The translations under genes were made by a program, and so were the position numbers. 64,000 bases of DNA from Zancudomyces culisetae HAW-14-8 (taxonomy: Eukaryota; Fungi; Kickxellomycota). The stretch covers positions 3,348,001 to 3,412,000 of the forward strand of contig JBNJNM010000021.1 of assembly GCA_052426225.1 (NCBI GenBank). The letters run 5' to 3'. This document shows positions 11,495-23,800 of the stretch, one piece after another; the first letter of the stretch is position 1; each line of letters opens with the position of its first letter. The notes beneath the pieces were generated by a model. It did no database searches. It saw only the letters and a list, made by a program, of their open reading frames with translations, and had not been told where the DNA came from.

Positions 11495-13375
11495 TTAAAA
11501 AAATTTGAATATCGATTTAATCATTCCAACAACTCCCGAACTAAACCCAACTCCATTAATACCCTCGGTAAATGCAAACGCCTTGCGTGCGTCCTTTATA
11601 GGGTAATCCACAGCTGGTGGAATAGATGTTTGTACAATTCCAAATAGCACATCCTCTGTATACGATTTAGTAACACACATTTCGCGTAGTCCTTCCTCAC
11701 CACCAAACCGGCCAAACCCACTCTCATTAATTCCCCCAAACGGCAACGACTGGCACAGATAATTCACTGCAAAGTCATTAAGATTGCCCATACCACAATT
11801 CAGTCGCTGTAGTATATCTTGTCCCACCCGCTTGTTGCCCGTAAACACCGACGATCCCAATCCAAAATGTGCCGAGTTGACTTGTTCCACCGCATCATCC
11901 GCAGACTTGATCTTCATCACCGTCATTACCGGTCCAAACACCTCGCACCGCTTGGCAATATCCATTTCTGGCGTCACATCTACCAAAAGTGTCGGTGTAA
12001 AGTATTGTCCGTGTGGATGGTCTGGATGCTTGTACTCCTTGCCCCCTAAAACCAACCGTGCGCCTTGTTCCACCGCCTGTGCAATCAGCTCCTCCAATCT
12101 TTTAAAATTGCCTCCCAAAACCATAGCTCCACAATCAATCACTCCTCCACTACCATTTTTCTTACCCATGCTTTCTAAACTCGACCCAATCCGAAGCTCT
12201 TGGATACGTCTACTCATTTCTGTCACAAACTTGTCATAAATTCGCTCATGTACCAACACCCGCTCAATTCCAATACAGTTCTGTCCCATGTTTTGGAACG
12301 TACCCCGCATAATCACTGAACACACTGCATTGAAATCGGCCACATCATTCATAATAATCGCACAGTCCTTCCCTCCCAACTCCAGCGTCACTGGTGTCAA
12401 GTTCTCTGCCGCATGCTTCATGATCTGCGCTCCAACCCCTGCCGATCCAATAAATGTAACATGTTTGATATCTGGATGTCCCACCAGTGCCTGCCCTGTC
12501 TCCGCAAATCCAGTCACAAACTGCACTAGGTCGCCCGGATGCCCATGTACCTCTAGTGCTGCCCGAACAATCCGTTCAAAGTACTTGTGGCTCCACGCAA
12601 CGTGTTCACTTGTCTTGACCACAATTCCGTTGCCCGCAAAAATCGCCGAAATCACTGGCCCAATACTGTTGTGGAATGGGTAGTTCCAACTCACAATTGC
12701 CCCAACCACCCCGCGTGGCTGGTATATCACCCGCGCACGTTTATACATCATCAGCAGCCCCGGATCGCGCTCAGATACTCCAAGTACCCGTTCACCATGC
12801 TGGATCGTCCACCGTAGCTTTGCAAGTGTTGTAAGCACCTCCCCCAACATTGCGTCCACCATCGTCTTGCCCGAGTCGCGGCACGCCACCTGGCAGATTT
12901 GTTCCTGGTTGGCCAGAACGTACTCACACAGCGTCCGAAGTACCTGTCTCCGCTCTGCAAACGATGTTTTTGCCCACACTCGCTGTGCTGCATACGCACG
13001 TGCTACTGCCGCATCTACTTCCTTGGCACTGGTCGCTTTTACGGCACCCAGATCCTTTCCTGTAGCGGGATCAAAACATCGAATTGATCCGTCCTCATCG
13101 ATATTGTGCGATTTTACAAACCCCTTTGCTTGCCAGTCTGGCGAGCTCTCTGGTGGTGGGTTTACAGTTTCAGAGTCGAGTTTTGCGGGTCCGTATGGGC
13201 CAAAGAAATCCTCAAGTTTGATCAAGAATCCACATTTTGAACTATTACCTCGTTTTAGAAGCAGGTAGTACCCGCTATACAGCGCGACGCCGACAGTTAG
13301 GATTGCGGGTAGGGATTTGCACGCCAGTTGGAGTAGGAGTTTGAGATTTTCAAAGCTTGCGCATAAAGATTCCAT
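11495..13375 (-). CDS. Aldehyde dehydrogenase, Msc7/ALDH15-22-like, with an N-terminal membrane anchor
   Basis: SWNYP, FIGSAGVG, LELGGKD, catalytic GQNCIG, EVFGPV, QSLPFGG and SGFGRFGGEEGL motifs. Confidence 0.92.
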   Translation of the reverse strand: MESLCASFENLKLLLQLACKSLPAILTVGVALYSGYYLLLKRGNSSKCGFLIKLEDFFGPYGPAKLDSETVNPPPESSPDWQAKGFVKSHNIDEDGSIRCFDPATGKDLGAVKATSAKEVDAAVARAYAAQRVWAKTSFAERRQVLRTLCEYVLANQEQICQVACRDSGKTMVDAMLGEVLTTLAKLRWTIQHGERVLGVSERDPGLLMMYKRARVIYQPRGVVGAIVSWNYPFHNSIGPVISAIFAGNGIVVKTSEHVAWSHKYFERIVRAALEVHGHPGDLVQFVTGFAETGQALVGHPDIKHVTFIGSAGVGAQIMKHAAENLTPVTLELGGKDCAIIMNDVADFNAVCSVIMRGTFQNMGQNCIGIERVLVHERIYDKFVTEMSRRIQELRIGSSLESMGKKNGSGGVIDCGAMVLGGNFKRLEELIAQAVEQGARLVLGGKEYKHPDHPHGQYFTPTLLVDVTPEMDIAKRCEVFGPVMTVMKIKSADDAVEQVNSAHFGLGSSVFTGNKRVGQDILQRLNCGMGNLNDFAVNYLCQSLPFGGINESGFGRFGGEEGLREMCVTKSYTEDVLFGIVQTSIPPAVDYPIKDARKAFAFTEGINGVGFSSGVVGMIKSIFKFF

Positions 13376-13987
13376 GTGTGTGTTTTTACTTTATTTATTT
13401 ATTTTTATCTTATCTTAATTTTATTTTGGCTTGATTTTAAATGGTCTGGTGCTAGAAACGTGATATAGATTGTAAAAAGCTGACAAGACCAAAGTTATTT
13501 GTTTGTTTCTTTTTTTGTGCAAAAAGTATCATGTAGATTTTTCTTTATTATTTATTTACTATACAATTGCAAGACTATTATTTTTTCAATCAAATAATCA
13601 ATCAAGATTTGTAGAACATAAAGGTAAAAAGGGGGGGGTGTGGGTTTTCGATGGTTTTCATTATTTCATTATTTGTATTTCATATTTTTGATTGGCTTTA
13701 TATTCGGAAAATTGGAGCGAATACTAGAGTCGATTGATTGATTGGGATACGTTCAAAGTTTTTCTACAACGTTTAATTTCAAAGTCATCCCCCCCCACCC
13801 AATTTAAATATGTCTGTTTTATTTTTGGTATATATGAATATCGTGGATAAAAGCAATTAGAAGCGAAAATAATCGATTTAAAATAACAAAGGAGGAGGAT
13901 ACAAAAACCTCCCAAATCGACGCTTTATACTTCTTCAATTTATACTCGAAGGTGGCAGGCGGAAAAGAAAATTTGAAGCAACACAGC

Positions 13988-15598
13988 ATGTTGGGAATCG
14001 AAGCCAAGTGTAAAAAACTAATCCCTACTCTCCACAGACAAATGCACAAGGGCGATTGTGGCAAGTCTTTTTCTCTCTACTCTCTACTCTCTACTTTTAT
14101 AATAGTAATACTAATAATTTTTATTCTTATTTTATTCTTTTGGCGAGTGGTAATTGAAACACCTTGATAATGTTTATTAGGAAGAATTGGGATTTTTGGA
14201 GGTTGTGAAGAGTAAGTTTTATAAATGTTTCGGTACTCGAGCTTTATATCTAAAACCTTTATTTTCACTCTATAAATTTCATCAAGCAACTTAACAAATT
14301 TACTATTTTTGCATGTTAGATATACTGGTGCACCTTATTATGTGGCAATGACTGCTCTCAAAATGGTATTTATTACTTTTTCATTTATTTATTTTAAACT
14401 ACTTTTTCTGTTATTTATGAAATAAAGCAATTGAGTATAGGGTGCCGATCTATCTCATGTGTTTTGCGAAAAAGACGCTGCAGTTGTGATAAAAAGTTAT
14501 TCCCCAGACCTTATAGTCCACCCATACCTTCGCAACCAAGAAAATCTATTCGCTGATATTTACGATGCCAACAAGTTTAGCAAAATTAAACAAGATATCG
14601 ACCTGGTATCTGGGATTGAAAGCCAAGACGCACAAATTCTTGCGCGAATAAATGGTGCTATTACTAAATTGCATGCCCTATCAATTGGATCCGGCCTGGG
14701 CCACGACGTTCATCTTCATCGGATTATTGGAAAAGTTATCAAACACGCTAAAAATAAACAGATCCCGGTCGTTTTGGATGCAGTTGAGTAACCTCATATA
14801 CCAATATATTTATTTCAGCATTGGTGTTGATGGGATTATTTCTATGTATACTGTTGTATAGGAAGGGTTGGTAGTCATATCAAATGATTTTAGTATGATT
14901 CATGGTCACAAGGAGGCAATTTTGACCCCAAACGTAAACGAGCTTAAACGATTGTGCGATAGTCTGGTAATACCTTCGAACCCTCTACTAATATATCACA
15001 CTTGTCGTAACATTCTACGTTTGTTTACTGACGTATATCCACTTATGAACTAATTACGACTTGTTAGGAAATAATCTATTCGGCTGGCCAGATGGAAAAG
15101 TGTGCAGTCGAGTGCGCCAAAAAATTGGGTGGTGTAACAGTGGTCGTGAAGGGCGAGCATGACATAATAACTAATGGAGAAACAGTTGTATATTGTAGCG
15201 AACAAGGTGGGCTGAAGAGATGTGGGGGCCAAGGCGATGTCACGAGTGGAGCCATTGCCACGTTTTTGGGGTGGAGCGTATGTTATCGCCAGAATAGATG
15301 GAGGTAAAGGATGAGAAATAATGTATTTTGAATTAACTCCTATTCTTTTTCTTTTTTTTTTGGTGTCAAGGTGATGTTTTGTCATTTTTGTTTTTGACGG
15401 TTGTATGGTAATATAATTGGAAATAGGCATGAAAATGAAATTTCACAAGAGGAAATACCTATTCTTGCCGCATATGCAGGGTGTTTAGTAACAAGAAGAG
15501 CATCACACTTGGCCTACAATGAACACGGGTTTTCTACTCAAACCTCAGAAATTCTAAAACATCTAAATAATGCAAGATCTTTCTTGGCCAAATATTAG
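13988..15598 (+). CDS. ATP-dependent NAD(P)HX dehydratase (CARKD/Nnr2/YjeF-C family), 7 exons
   Basis: Spliced motifs [80 protein letters not shown]. Confidence 0.9.
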
Positions 15599-15816
15599 GT
15601 TTTTTTCTTTTTACTCTTTATGTTTTATTACCATCAATAAATAAATGAAAAAACTAATCTAGATTTTCTATAGTTAGCTTGTTTGTATCAGCTAAAAGTA
15701 ACATTGTTGAATTACACTTCTCTCACAAAACCAAAAAGACAAGGCAAGTCCCCCCCCCCCTCCCTCCCTCCACTATCTCTCCACTATCTCTCCAACCAAT
15801 TATGATCCAACTGAGA

Positions 15817-17373
15817 TCATTGTTTTTGCAATAGCAGGTGAATATTGTCTAATGCTGCGTTGGCATCGTATTTAAAGGTCACAAAGTGACCCTGTAGCTG
15901 TGCAGTACTTACCTGCTGGTTCTCTAATTTAGAAGCAAATTTTTCAGCCAGCTCAAGTGACGTTTCCTTGGGTTCAGGGTAGAACCTCATAAACATCTTT
16001 TTGACCTGCGATTGAGTGGCATTTCCTAAATACACCTTGACATCTACTCTGCCTGGTCTAATTAGTGCCTTGTCCAATCGATCAATATGGTTGGTTGTCA
16101 TAAACACTATTCGTTCCTCGCTTGATGAAACTCCATCCAGCGCATTCAATAACCCACTGAGTGTAATCATCGAGTGTATTTGGTATAGACCGCCCTGTTG
16201 CTGTTGTTGCTGTTGATCTCGCTGCATCAACACATGTCCCTCTGTCCCACCAGCTGCTGATGCAGATGGTGCTTTTGGAAATGCTGCGTCAATGTCTTCG
16301 AGCAGGATTATGCTACGTTCTGGTGCTACCGTAAGCAAGTGGTTGAGTCGGTCATCTGTGTGTCCTCGCTCGTTTAGATTCAAAACACATATATTGTACC
16401 CAAGTTCACCAGCCAGTGCCTGAATAAAACTCGTTTTTCCTGTTCCTGGAGGTCCGTACAGCAAATATCCTCGTCGATACGGAATTCCACGCATATCGTA
16501 CCATTTCCCGTTGCCAATAAACTCTCTGACATCTTGCACAATTGAATCGGCAATTCCATCATCCAATACTACGCTTTTGAGCATTCGCTTTTTCCTGGGA
16601 GGACCAAATGGACGCCATTCCGGCCCAACGCTGGTAAAAATCACGGTTTTTCCTTCTTGTTTTTCCAGAGCATGTTGTTGAGAAAGCGCCAATATCTTGC
16701 TAAATACGTTGCGGTCTCTGTTTAGTGTTGTCAATGTAATCGTTTCCCAAGGCGCAGCATTGGTGAAATCTACCATTTTCGATTCACGCTCCCTGGTCAC
16801 TTGGATCCATGCATCTTCAAATTTGAAAATGTATTTGCCGGGTCCTGGAACAAAACTAAAATCGGCACTGACACTCCCGTTATCGTGTAGTTTATATACT
16901 GTTTGCACAGCCAGCTGACGGGGTCTGGTTGCCTGGCTGAGCCGTCGTGCGAAATATCCGATTTTCCCACCAGAAACTGAACTATTTTCTATTGAGGCCG
17001 TTTCATTCTTGATTTCATTGATCTCATGAACCTTGTTGTCATTTATCGTAGCGCTACTCGATTTTGCGGAAGTTCCAAAACTCGTTGCCTGTTGTAGAGC
17101 AGATTGGTTCTTTGCCAGTTTATGTTGTTGGAGTACTTTTTGCTGGGAATTTTCACTCAGCCACTGCAGTACCCATTGGTAACTTTTGTCTTTGCTGGGG
17201 ATTTCCAACGTAACTAACATTTGTCTACGTATCAGGGCAGCTAATTTGCGGCTTGATTGCCTTAATACAGCCAATCCAGCACCAACGCCAAGCAATCCAA
17301 AACCGGCAGAGAAGTACGGGTTGTTAGCCAAGAATCCTGAAGCTGCATTTGAAACTATGGCGTTTTGATCCAT
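15817..17373 (-). CDS. BCS1: Mitochondrial AAA chaperone Bcs1
   Basis: NPYFSAGFGLLGVGAG N-terminal TM, FVPGPG, RGIPYRRGYLLYGPPGTGKTS, LLEDIDAAF, TLSGLLNALDG, FMTTNH, ALIRPGRVD. Confidence 0.95.
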   Translation of the reverse strand: MDQNAIVSNAASGFLANNPYFSAGFGLLGVGAGLAVLRQSSRKLAALIRRQMLVTLEIPSKDKSYQWVLQWLSENSQQKVLQQHKLAKNQSALQQATSFGTSAKSSSATINDNKVHEINEIKNETASIENSSVSGGKIGYFARRLSQATRPRQLAVQTVYKLHDNGSVSADFSFVPGPGKYIFKFEDAWIQVTRERESKMVDFTNAAPWETITLTTLNRDRNVFSKILALSQQHALEKQEGKTVIFTSVGPEWRPFGPPRKKRMLKSVVLDDGIADSIVQDVREFIGNGKWYDMRGIPYRRGYLLYGPPGTGKTSFIQALAGELGYNICVLNLNERGHTDDRLNHLLTVAPERSIILLEDIDAAFPKAPSASAAGGTEGHVLMQRDQQQQQQQGGLYQIHSMITLSGLLNALDGVSSSEERIVFMTTNHIDRLDKALIRPGRVDVKVYLGNATQSQVKKMFMRFYPEPKETSLELAEKFASKLENQQVSTAQLQGHFVTFKYDANAALDNIHLLLQKQ

Positions 17374-17942
17374 TTGCTAGTAATGGGTGTTGTTTTTTTT
17401 TTCGGTTGAATTATTTATATTTGGAATGAGAATCAAATATAAATGTAAATATCTATTATCATTATTTAATATTTTGGAATTTTAAAATATTATCGTTTGC
17501 CTGTTCTTGAATAATACAAAACTTTGATCTGGCAGAAAAAAAAAAGATAATGAAAAGCTGAATGGATTAATCATTCACGAAGGACTAGCAAAATTGGCCG
17601 GAGGGGGCGGGAAGGAGAAAATTGAGAACTGATTTTTTACCCAATAATATCTTGGAGGCAATACCAAATGCTGTTGTGGAACATCATGCTTTATAAAGTG
17701 CTGCAATTACGTATTTAACATTTTGTATTTTTCTTTTTCTTTTCAAGTTTAATTAGCGCCATTGGGAGGTTATTATTTTTTTATGGGTAAAAGAGTATTT
17801 CAAAATTAAAGACAATTTTAGTTGGAGAAACTTGAATTCGTTACTAAAAGATTAGAGCCTGGAAAGACTACTAGATATACAGCCGAGTAAAGGTTATAAT
17901 TCAAGTATTGCGGGTAAGAGCATCACAAGAAAGTTTGTAGAT

Positions 17943-20381
17943 ATGGTAAGTTTGGAATGTCTTAAGTAATTTCAACTTTTTCTTCTTTTTTTTAACTTTA
18001 CTTTTAGGTAGTTCGTATTGATGTTTATTCGAAAATTCAAACTTTTAAAGGACCCAAAGTTATCTTTTAGACCAATATTTTGTTACGACAGGCCATATTT
18101 TATTATTTAATAAATAGGGAATTATAATTCGGGTGCGCTCTGCAAAGGGGATTGATCGAGTTGAATTTAAAGATGCAGATGAAAATGTCGCAGAACTTTA
18201 CGAAAAGGTAGATAAAAGTTTTATAGCACAATCGTTCGAGAGGTTAAGGCTAATTAGCATGACTTCTGAATATTAATTAGACTAGAGTCAAACTCAGTTT
18301 GGAGAAAGCATCGGATTTGGAGCTATACTATGATGCTGGGTTGAAAAAAGTAATAGAAAACAGTGAAGGTTTAAGACTTTCTTCGTTGGGACTAAAGTAA
18401 GATATCTTCATTTATACTTAATCTTGCGGTTTAAAGTGTATATAATGTTTTGTTTTGAAAATATATAGACATGGCGATATGATTTTTGGGAAAATACTAA
18501 AAGAGGCAGAGGACACGACGGTAAAAGATGATACTGACAAGAGGACATTAATAACAGCGAGTACAGGAAATAGAGAGCCAAAACTAGAGAAAATCAAGAT
18601 GGCAGACATAGATTTGCAGCTAGAAAAGGAAAAGGGATTAATTGAAAGGGATAGGGACGAGAACTTTTGTAAACATGGGGAGAATGCAATGTGTGAGTAC
18701 TGCATGCCATTGGAGCCGTATGATAGCGGGTATCTGGCTGAGAATAAGATAAAACACATGTCATTTCATAGTTATTTGCGAAAATCGCTTGGAGAGAGCC
18801 GAATGGACGAGCTGAGGTCGGGGAAACCAAAATCTGGAAAGTTGTTGCCATTAGAAGAACCGGATTTCCAGGCCAAAAAGGTGTGTGGGGGTGGTGGGCA
18901 TGCACCATGGCCAGAGGGTATCTGTACAAAGTGTCAACCCAATGCTATTGCACTTCAACCACAGGTAACAATTAATATATATATACTAATATTTATTGAA
19001 AAACGAAAATAAAAAAGTGGTAAACCTCTTGTTAATGAAAAGAAAGGTTAATTGTAAGATACATATGTGGAAATAGGAATTTCGAATGACAGATCATTTG
19101 GAGTTTGCAGAGGCATCAATAATTGATCAGTTTTTGAGTTGGTGGAGAGAAACAGGAACACAACGATTTGGATTCATGTTGGGACGATATGAAAAATATC
19201 CTATAGTTCCAATGGGAATCAAGGCGGTGGTCGAAGCAATATACGAACCAGTACAAGTGGACTGTACAGACGGACTCAAGGTGGATTTGCAGGGCGAAGA
19301 GTTTATGTCAGAGGTAAAGAAAGTGGAAAAAGTGGCAAAGGCATGCGGCTTAGAAATAGTGGGGATGATATTCAGCGATCTGACAGACGACGGGACAGGG
19401 AAAGGCAAGGTTTTATATAGCCGACACAAGGATGCATATTTTTTGTCGAATTTAGAGGCCCGGCTGGCAGCGCGGTTCCAGCTTTTGTATCCAACAGCTA
19501 CTAAATGGTCTCAGTCAGAACAGCGATTTGGGAGTCGGTTTATTACAGCTGTGGTTTCCGGAAATGAAAATGGAGATGTTGATATTAGTGCTTGGCAGGT
19601 AAGCAATATTGCAATGGCTTTGGAGCGAGCAGAGTTGGTTGTAGGCTCGACGAATCCTAGCTTGATGATGGTGCGCAAACCCGCTAATCCTAAGCTGTCC
19701 AAGTACGTTCCGGAAATCTTGTACAACTACAAGGACGAATATGGCAACAATGTCTCCAACTCTGCCAACCCCTTTTTCCCTGTCGAATATCTTTTGGTCA
19801 GCGTAACACACGGCTTTCCGCTGAATCCCACACCTCTATTCAAGTCTTCTTCTAAATTCCAAATCGAAAACAGACTCTACAAACCCTCTCTTTCTGATCT
19901 GCATACTCATTTATCTCGCTCTGGTCTGCTTGCTGATCTAACTACTGCCTTTGAAAACCTGCATCTAGATTTTACCTCCAAACCCACCAATCCTTGTTTG
20001 ATTCTCTCTGACTTTCACCTGCTTTTCTACATCTCCACTCTGGATATTATCGATTTCAACTCTGGCTTTACTTTGCTAGCAAAGGTTGCTGTTGATTGCT
20101 TGGATGCAACTTCTTTGGCTTTGCTACTAAAAGTTCCCAGCTTTATGACCTTTGTCACTGTTCTTAATCAGCTTGATATGCCAACTACATCCTCCGCAAA
20201 CACCAGCAATCAAAGGAATGTTGGGGCTTCGGGTCGTTACTCTCCTATGAATGTCGACTCTAATTCTCCATCCGCTGCAAACATTGGTTCCAGCAGTTCC
20301 TGGTCTTGCCGTCATTGCACTTTTGAAAACGACTCTACTACTGAATGGTGTTCGATGTGTGGTCTACCACAATCTGGATAG
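17943..20381 (+). CDS. NPL4: Cdc48 cofactor Npl4, 5 exons; exon 1 contributes only the ATG
   Basis: MGIIIRVRSAKG UBX-like start, CKHGENAMCEYCMPLEPYD and HAPWPEGICTKCQP zinc fingers, QRFGFMLGRY, FFPVEYLLVSVTHGFP, C-terminal NZF WSCRHCTFEN...CSMCGLP. Confidence 0.93.
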
Positions 20382-20834
20382 ATCTTTTATTTGTATTTAT
20401 CATTATTTTGCTTTAATTGCTTACTCTAACACACTTTTTTTATTATTATCATCCAGCTTTTTTCCAAAATGGATTTGATCTTGTGAGCTTTGCCGAATCC
20501 CCCATATTTCTTTATGGAAAAAAACGATGTAAAAAAAAGTTTAATCGAGCCGTGATTAGTGATTTGTGGATGAAAACTACGTAATCCAGAGATGGAGCTG
20601 CATTAACATTTAATTGGCAAATGGGTGGGGTTTTTCCTATTCTAGACATTGAACAAAACATTGAAATACAAGCTGCGGAATGGTTGTTTCAGTACAACTT
20701 TGCTTTTTTTCTTTCTATGTCCTATAAGTAGCCAAATTATGGAAAGGAGGAAATAAAAGAATATAAACCTTGCTATTGTAACTATTAGCTTTATAGACAC
20801 ACTCTAGTTAGGCAGACTTTGGTATTTGAGGAAC

Positions 20835-23800
20835 ATGGGGACTGAAAAAGGTAATGAAAAGCCGAGCAGTGTAGGAGCTGGAGCTAGTTTTAGACTTGGG
20901 ATTAATTCGCTTACTGATAACGAGCTGATTGGTATTTTCAGTAATTTGGAGCCCGAGCATTTGGTAAGTGTCAGGTCATCATAATATTGAAAACTTTGTC
21001 ATTTCTTTATCATGGCTAAGAGCTGGTATTTTCAATTTCTAACCAAATTCTTCTTTTTTCTTTCAATGGGGGCGGAAAATATTTAAATTAATAGAAAGTG
21101 GCGTGCACTGTTTGTACTAGATGGTATAAAATCATTTTAAACGAAAGTTGTTGGAAAAACGCACTTGTGTCTTACTTTGATGGCACTTTACCCTTTGAGC
21201 TTTTGGATTTGACCAAACTCAATTGGGTTTATATTCACCGGTCAAAAACTAAACAAAAAACAAGTTTTATTAGCACGAAGGATGACGAAAATGACTCGAC
21301 CTCTAAAGTGGTAAACAAAAGTAAATCTAAATCAGGATCGCATATACTTTCCTATGGTGATTTAGTGGCAACTCCAAAAAAGAAGTTGCTTTTCAAAAAC
21401 ACCAACAGTACTGCTAATAGTAATACTGGCGGTACAGGAGGCAAAGTAGAAGATATATTTACACAGCAAACTGCGGCCAGAAACACATTTTGGAAGGCTG
21501 AATATATATGTAGAAGCGAGTTGTTAAATCAATGGCGATATTCATACTCGCCAACTGTACGTGGTGAAACAAATCGGATTGTTCGAAGGCAGTGCGAAAT
21601 GGGAATTACTACTGTTCACAAAATATATTGTAGTACTGAGAACAATTGGATGCTTTCAGTATCTTTGACCCAGGGTGTTTGTGTTCGTTCGGATATGAAT
21701 ATTAGTACTTTTGGTAAAATCGAAAACCTTAAAAATGATCTTTTATATTGCAACGGGAGTTTAAATGGAGTGGTAGATGGTGTTAATGGGATTGAAAATA
21801 TTAATATTAACAATAATAACAATAACAATAACGTCGACAATGATACAGAGGTCAACCGACAAGATCTTCGGCTACAACAGCGACACCAAACAAGCACACG
21901 GATGCAAACCGTGGTTTTTTCAACTTCGAACCGTGTGCTGAAAAGGGAAAAACAAAAAGCAAAATCTAATACTACACACTCTCGGGATAATAGCCAAAAG
22001 GAATACCACGATGAACCCAAATTCGAGATGGAGCGATTGGTTCTTGTTCTGTGGGGAGGATACCATGTTGGTTGTGTTTATATTCATCATTTATACGCAA
22101 AGAGTGGCAAATTCAAAAAACACGTAACCACGGAGTCTAGATACTGGCACATTGGTAGTGTAACCAGCTTGGCACATGCTAGACTCTCACCAATTGTTGG
22201 TGATTTAAAGGGGAAAGAAACAGCTTGTTGTTCAAAGCTTTTCGATTTGAATAATACTAAAAAAAGCCACGACAGCCATTCTTGTGGTGATGGTGATGGT
22301 GATGGTGATGTTTGTGATGAACCAAATGATACCAAGACATTTGAATTGCACGACTATGTGGTTTCAGGCGGGATAGATGGGACGATAAAAATCTGGTGTA
22401 TGGAAACTGGGAAATTTATTACACAGTACAGTTGCAAAACCAAGTGTATAATTGCTTGTATCAAAATAGTTGCAAATCGATGGATAGTTGCAGGAACGAA
22501 TGTTGGACAAGTTGTAATCTGTGATACCTCTTTGTTGTCCAACAAGGCTAATTCGCCACCATTAAAAATCGGGTTAGATGCGGTGGTGTATATAGACAAT
22601 GGGATTGGAGTTGGATATGGTGCGCATGGATGGACAGTGACTGATATCTTGACTAATCCTCGTCGCCCACATCTGTTTATTGTTAATTATGTGTGTATTG
22701 AGACAGTTGGTGTTCCTCAAGGGAAGCTATGCATGTATAAATTAGGTGCAGTTGGAAATCCAGTCACATCAAAAAGCAGCACTACGAACGAGGTAACTGA
22801 AATTATCAAAACTCTCGAGTTTTGTTGGGAAGGTATGAATGCATTGACAAGTTTGACTTGGGAGTCTTCAAGTCAGAGACATGAAAACTATTCACCTCTT
22901 GGTTCTACAAACAAGCCAAAAAATGACGTTGGCGTAAACACACATAAAAGCACAGACAACTATGAGAGCCTTAGTGATACTACTCCTGCAATCCTAGCTG
23001 CTGGAGATATCCTTGGTAATGTGTATTTATGGGATACATTTAAGGATTTCCGAAGCCAACCCACACGTTTGCATAGTCTCGGCCCCCCACCTATTTCTAG
23101 TGCTAGAAACGATGTCACAAAGACTGCTACCCCAATGAGGTCACTATGTACAGGACACTCCTCTATGGTTGTCAAGATATGTTATGATTCTCTAAAGTTG
23201 GTTTCAACAAGTAACGATGGTGTTATCATTGTTTGGGAACCTCTAGTCGGTTCAATCTTGCGAAAAATTCGAGTGCGTGGAACTAAATATAAAAGGCAAA
23301 AGTATGCTACAGGCGGACCCACATACTCTGTTCAGGAGCTACATCAACGTAGCTCCCCTAATCAAGTGCCTGTTTTGTCTCAACTAGAAAATGATCTCTT
23401 TGTCGTAGAATCCCTTGCAATATCCACGCTTTCTAAAAAACCAAAAGAACATTTTGCGGATTCTTCGAATTTCTGTTATCCTCCTGGGTTTATTTCTGCT
23501 GCAGATGCTAGGGGTGAAGGGGGGGATCGACTACATGATTCTTTATATCCATTCATTTCAGAATCTCACCCTAACTATGGCTCCTTGATCAGTGATGTTG
23601 TATCCACTTCGTATGACAGCTTTGTTGTGGCTACTTGCTCTCATTTGGTTAAATTCAATTGTTCACCTAGCCTATTCACATTTATCAATCCAAATCTCTC
23701 GGAAGATTTGTCCTCTGTTGTCTTTGAACTTCCCAACTCTCCCAATCTCCCAGCCCAATCCCGATCACATTTCCAACCCAAACCATCCTCCAAACTGTCC

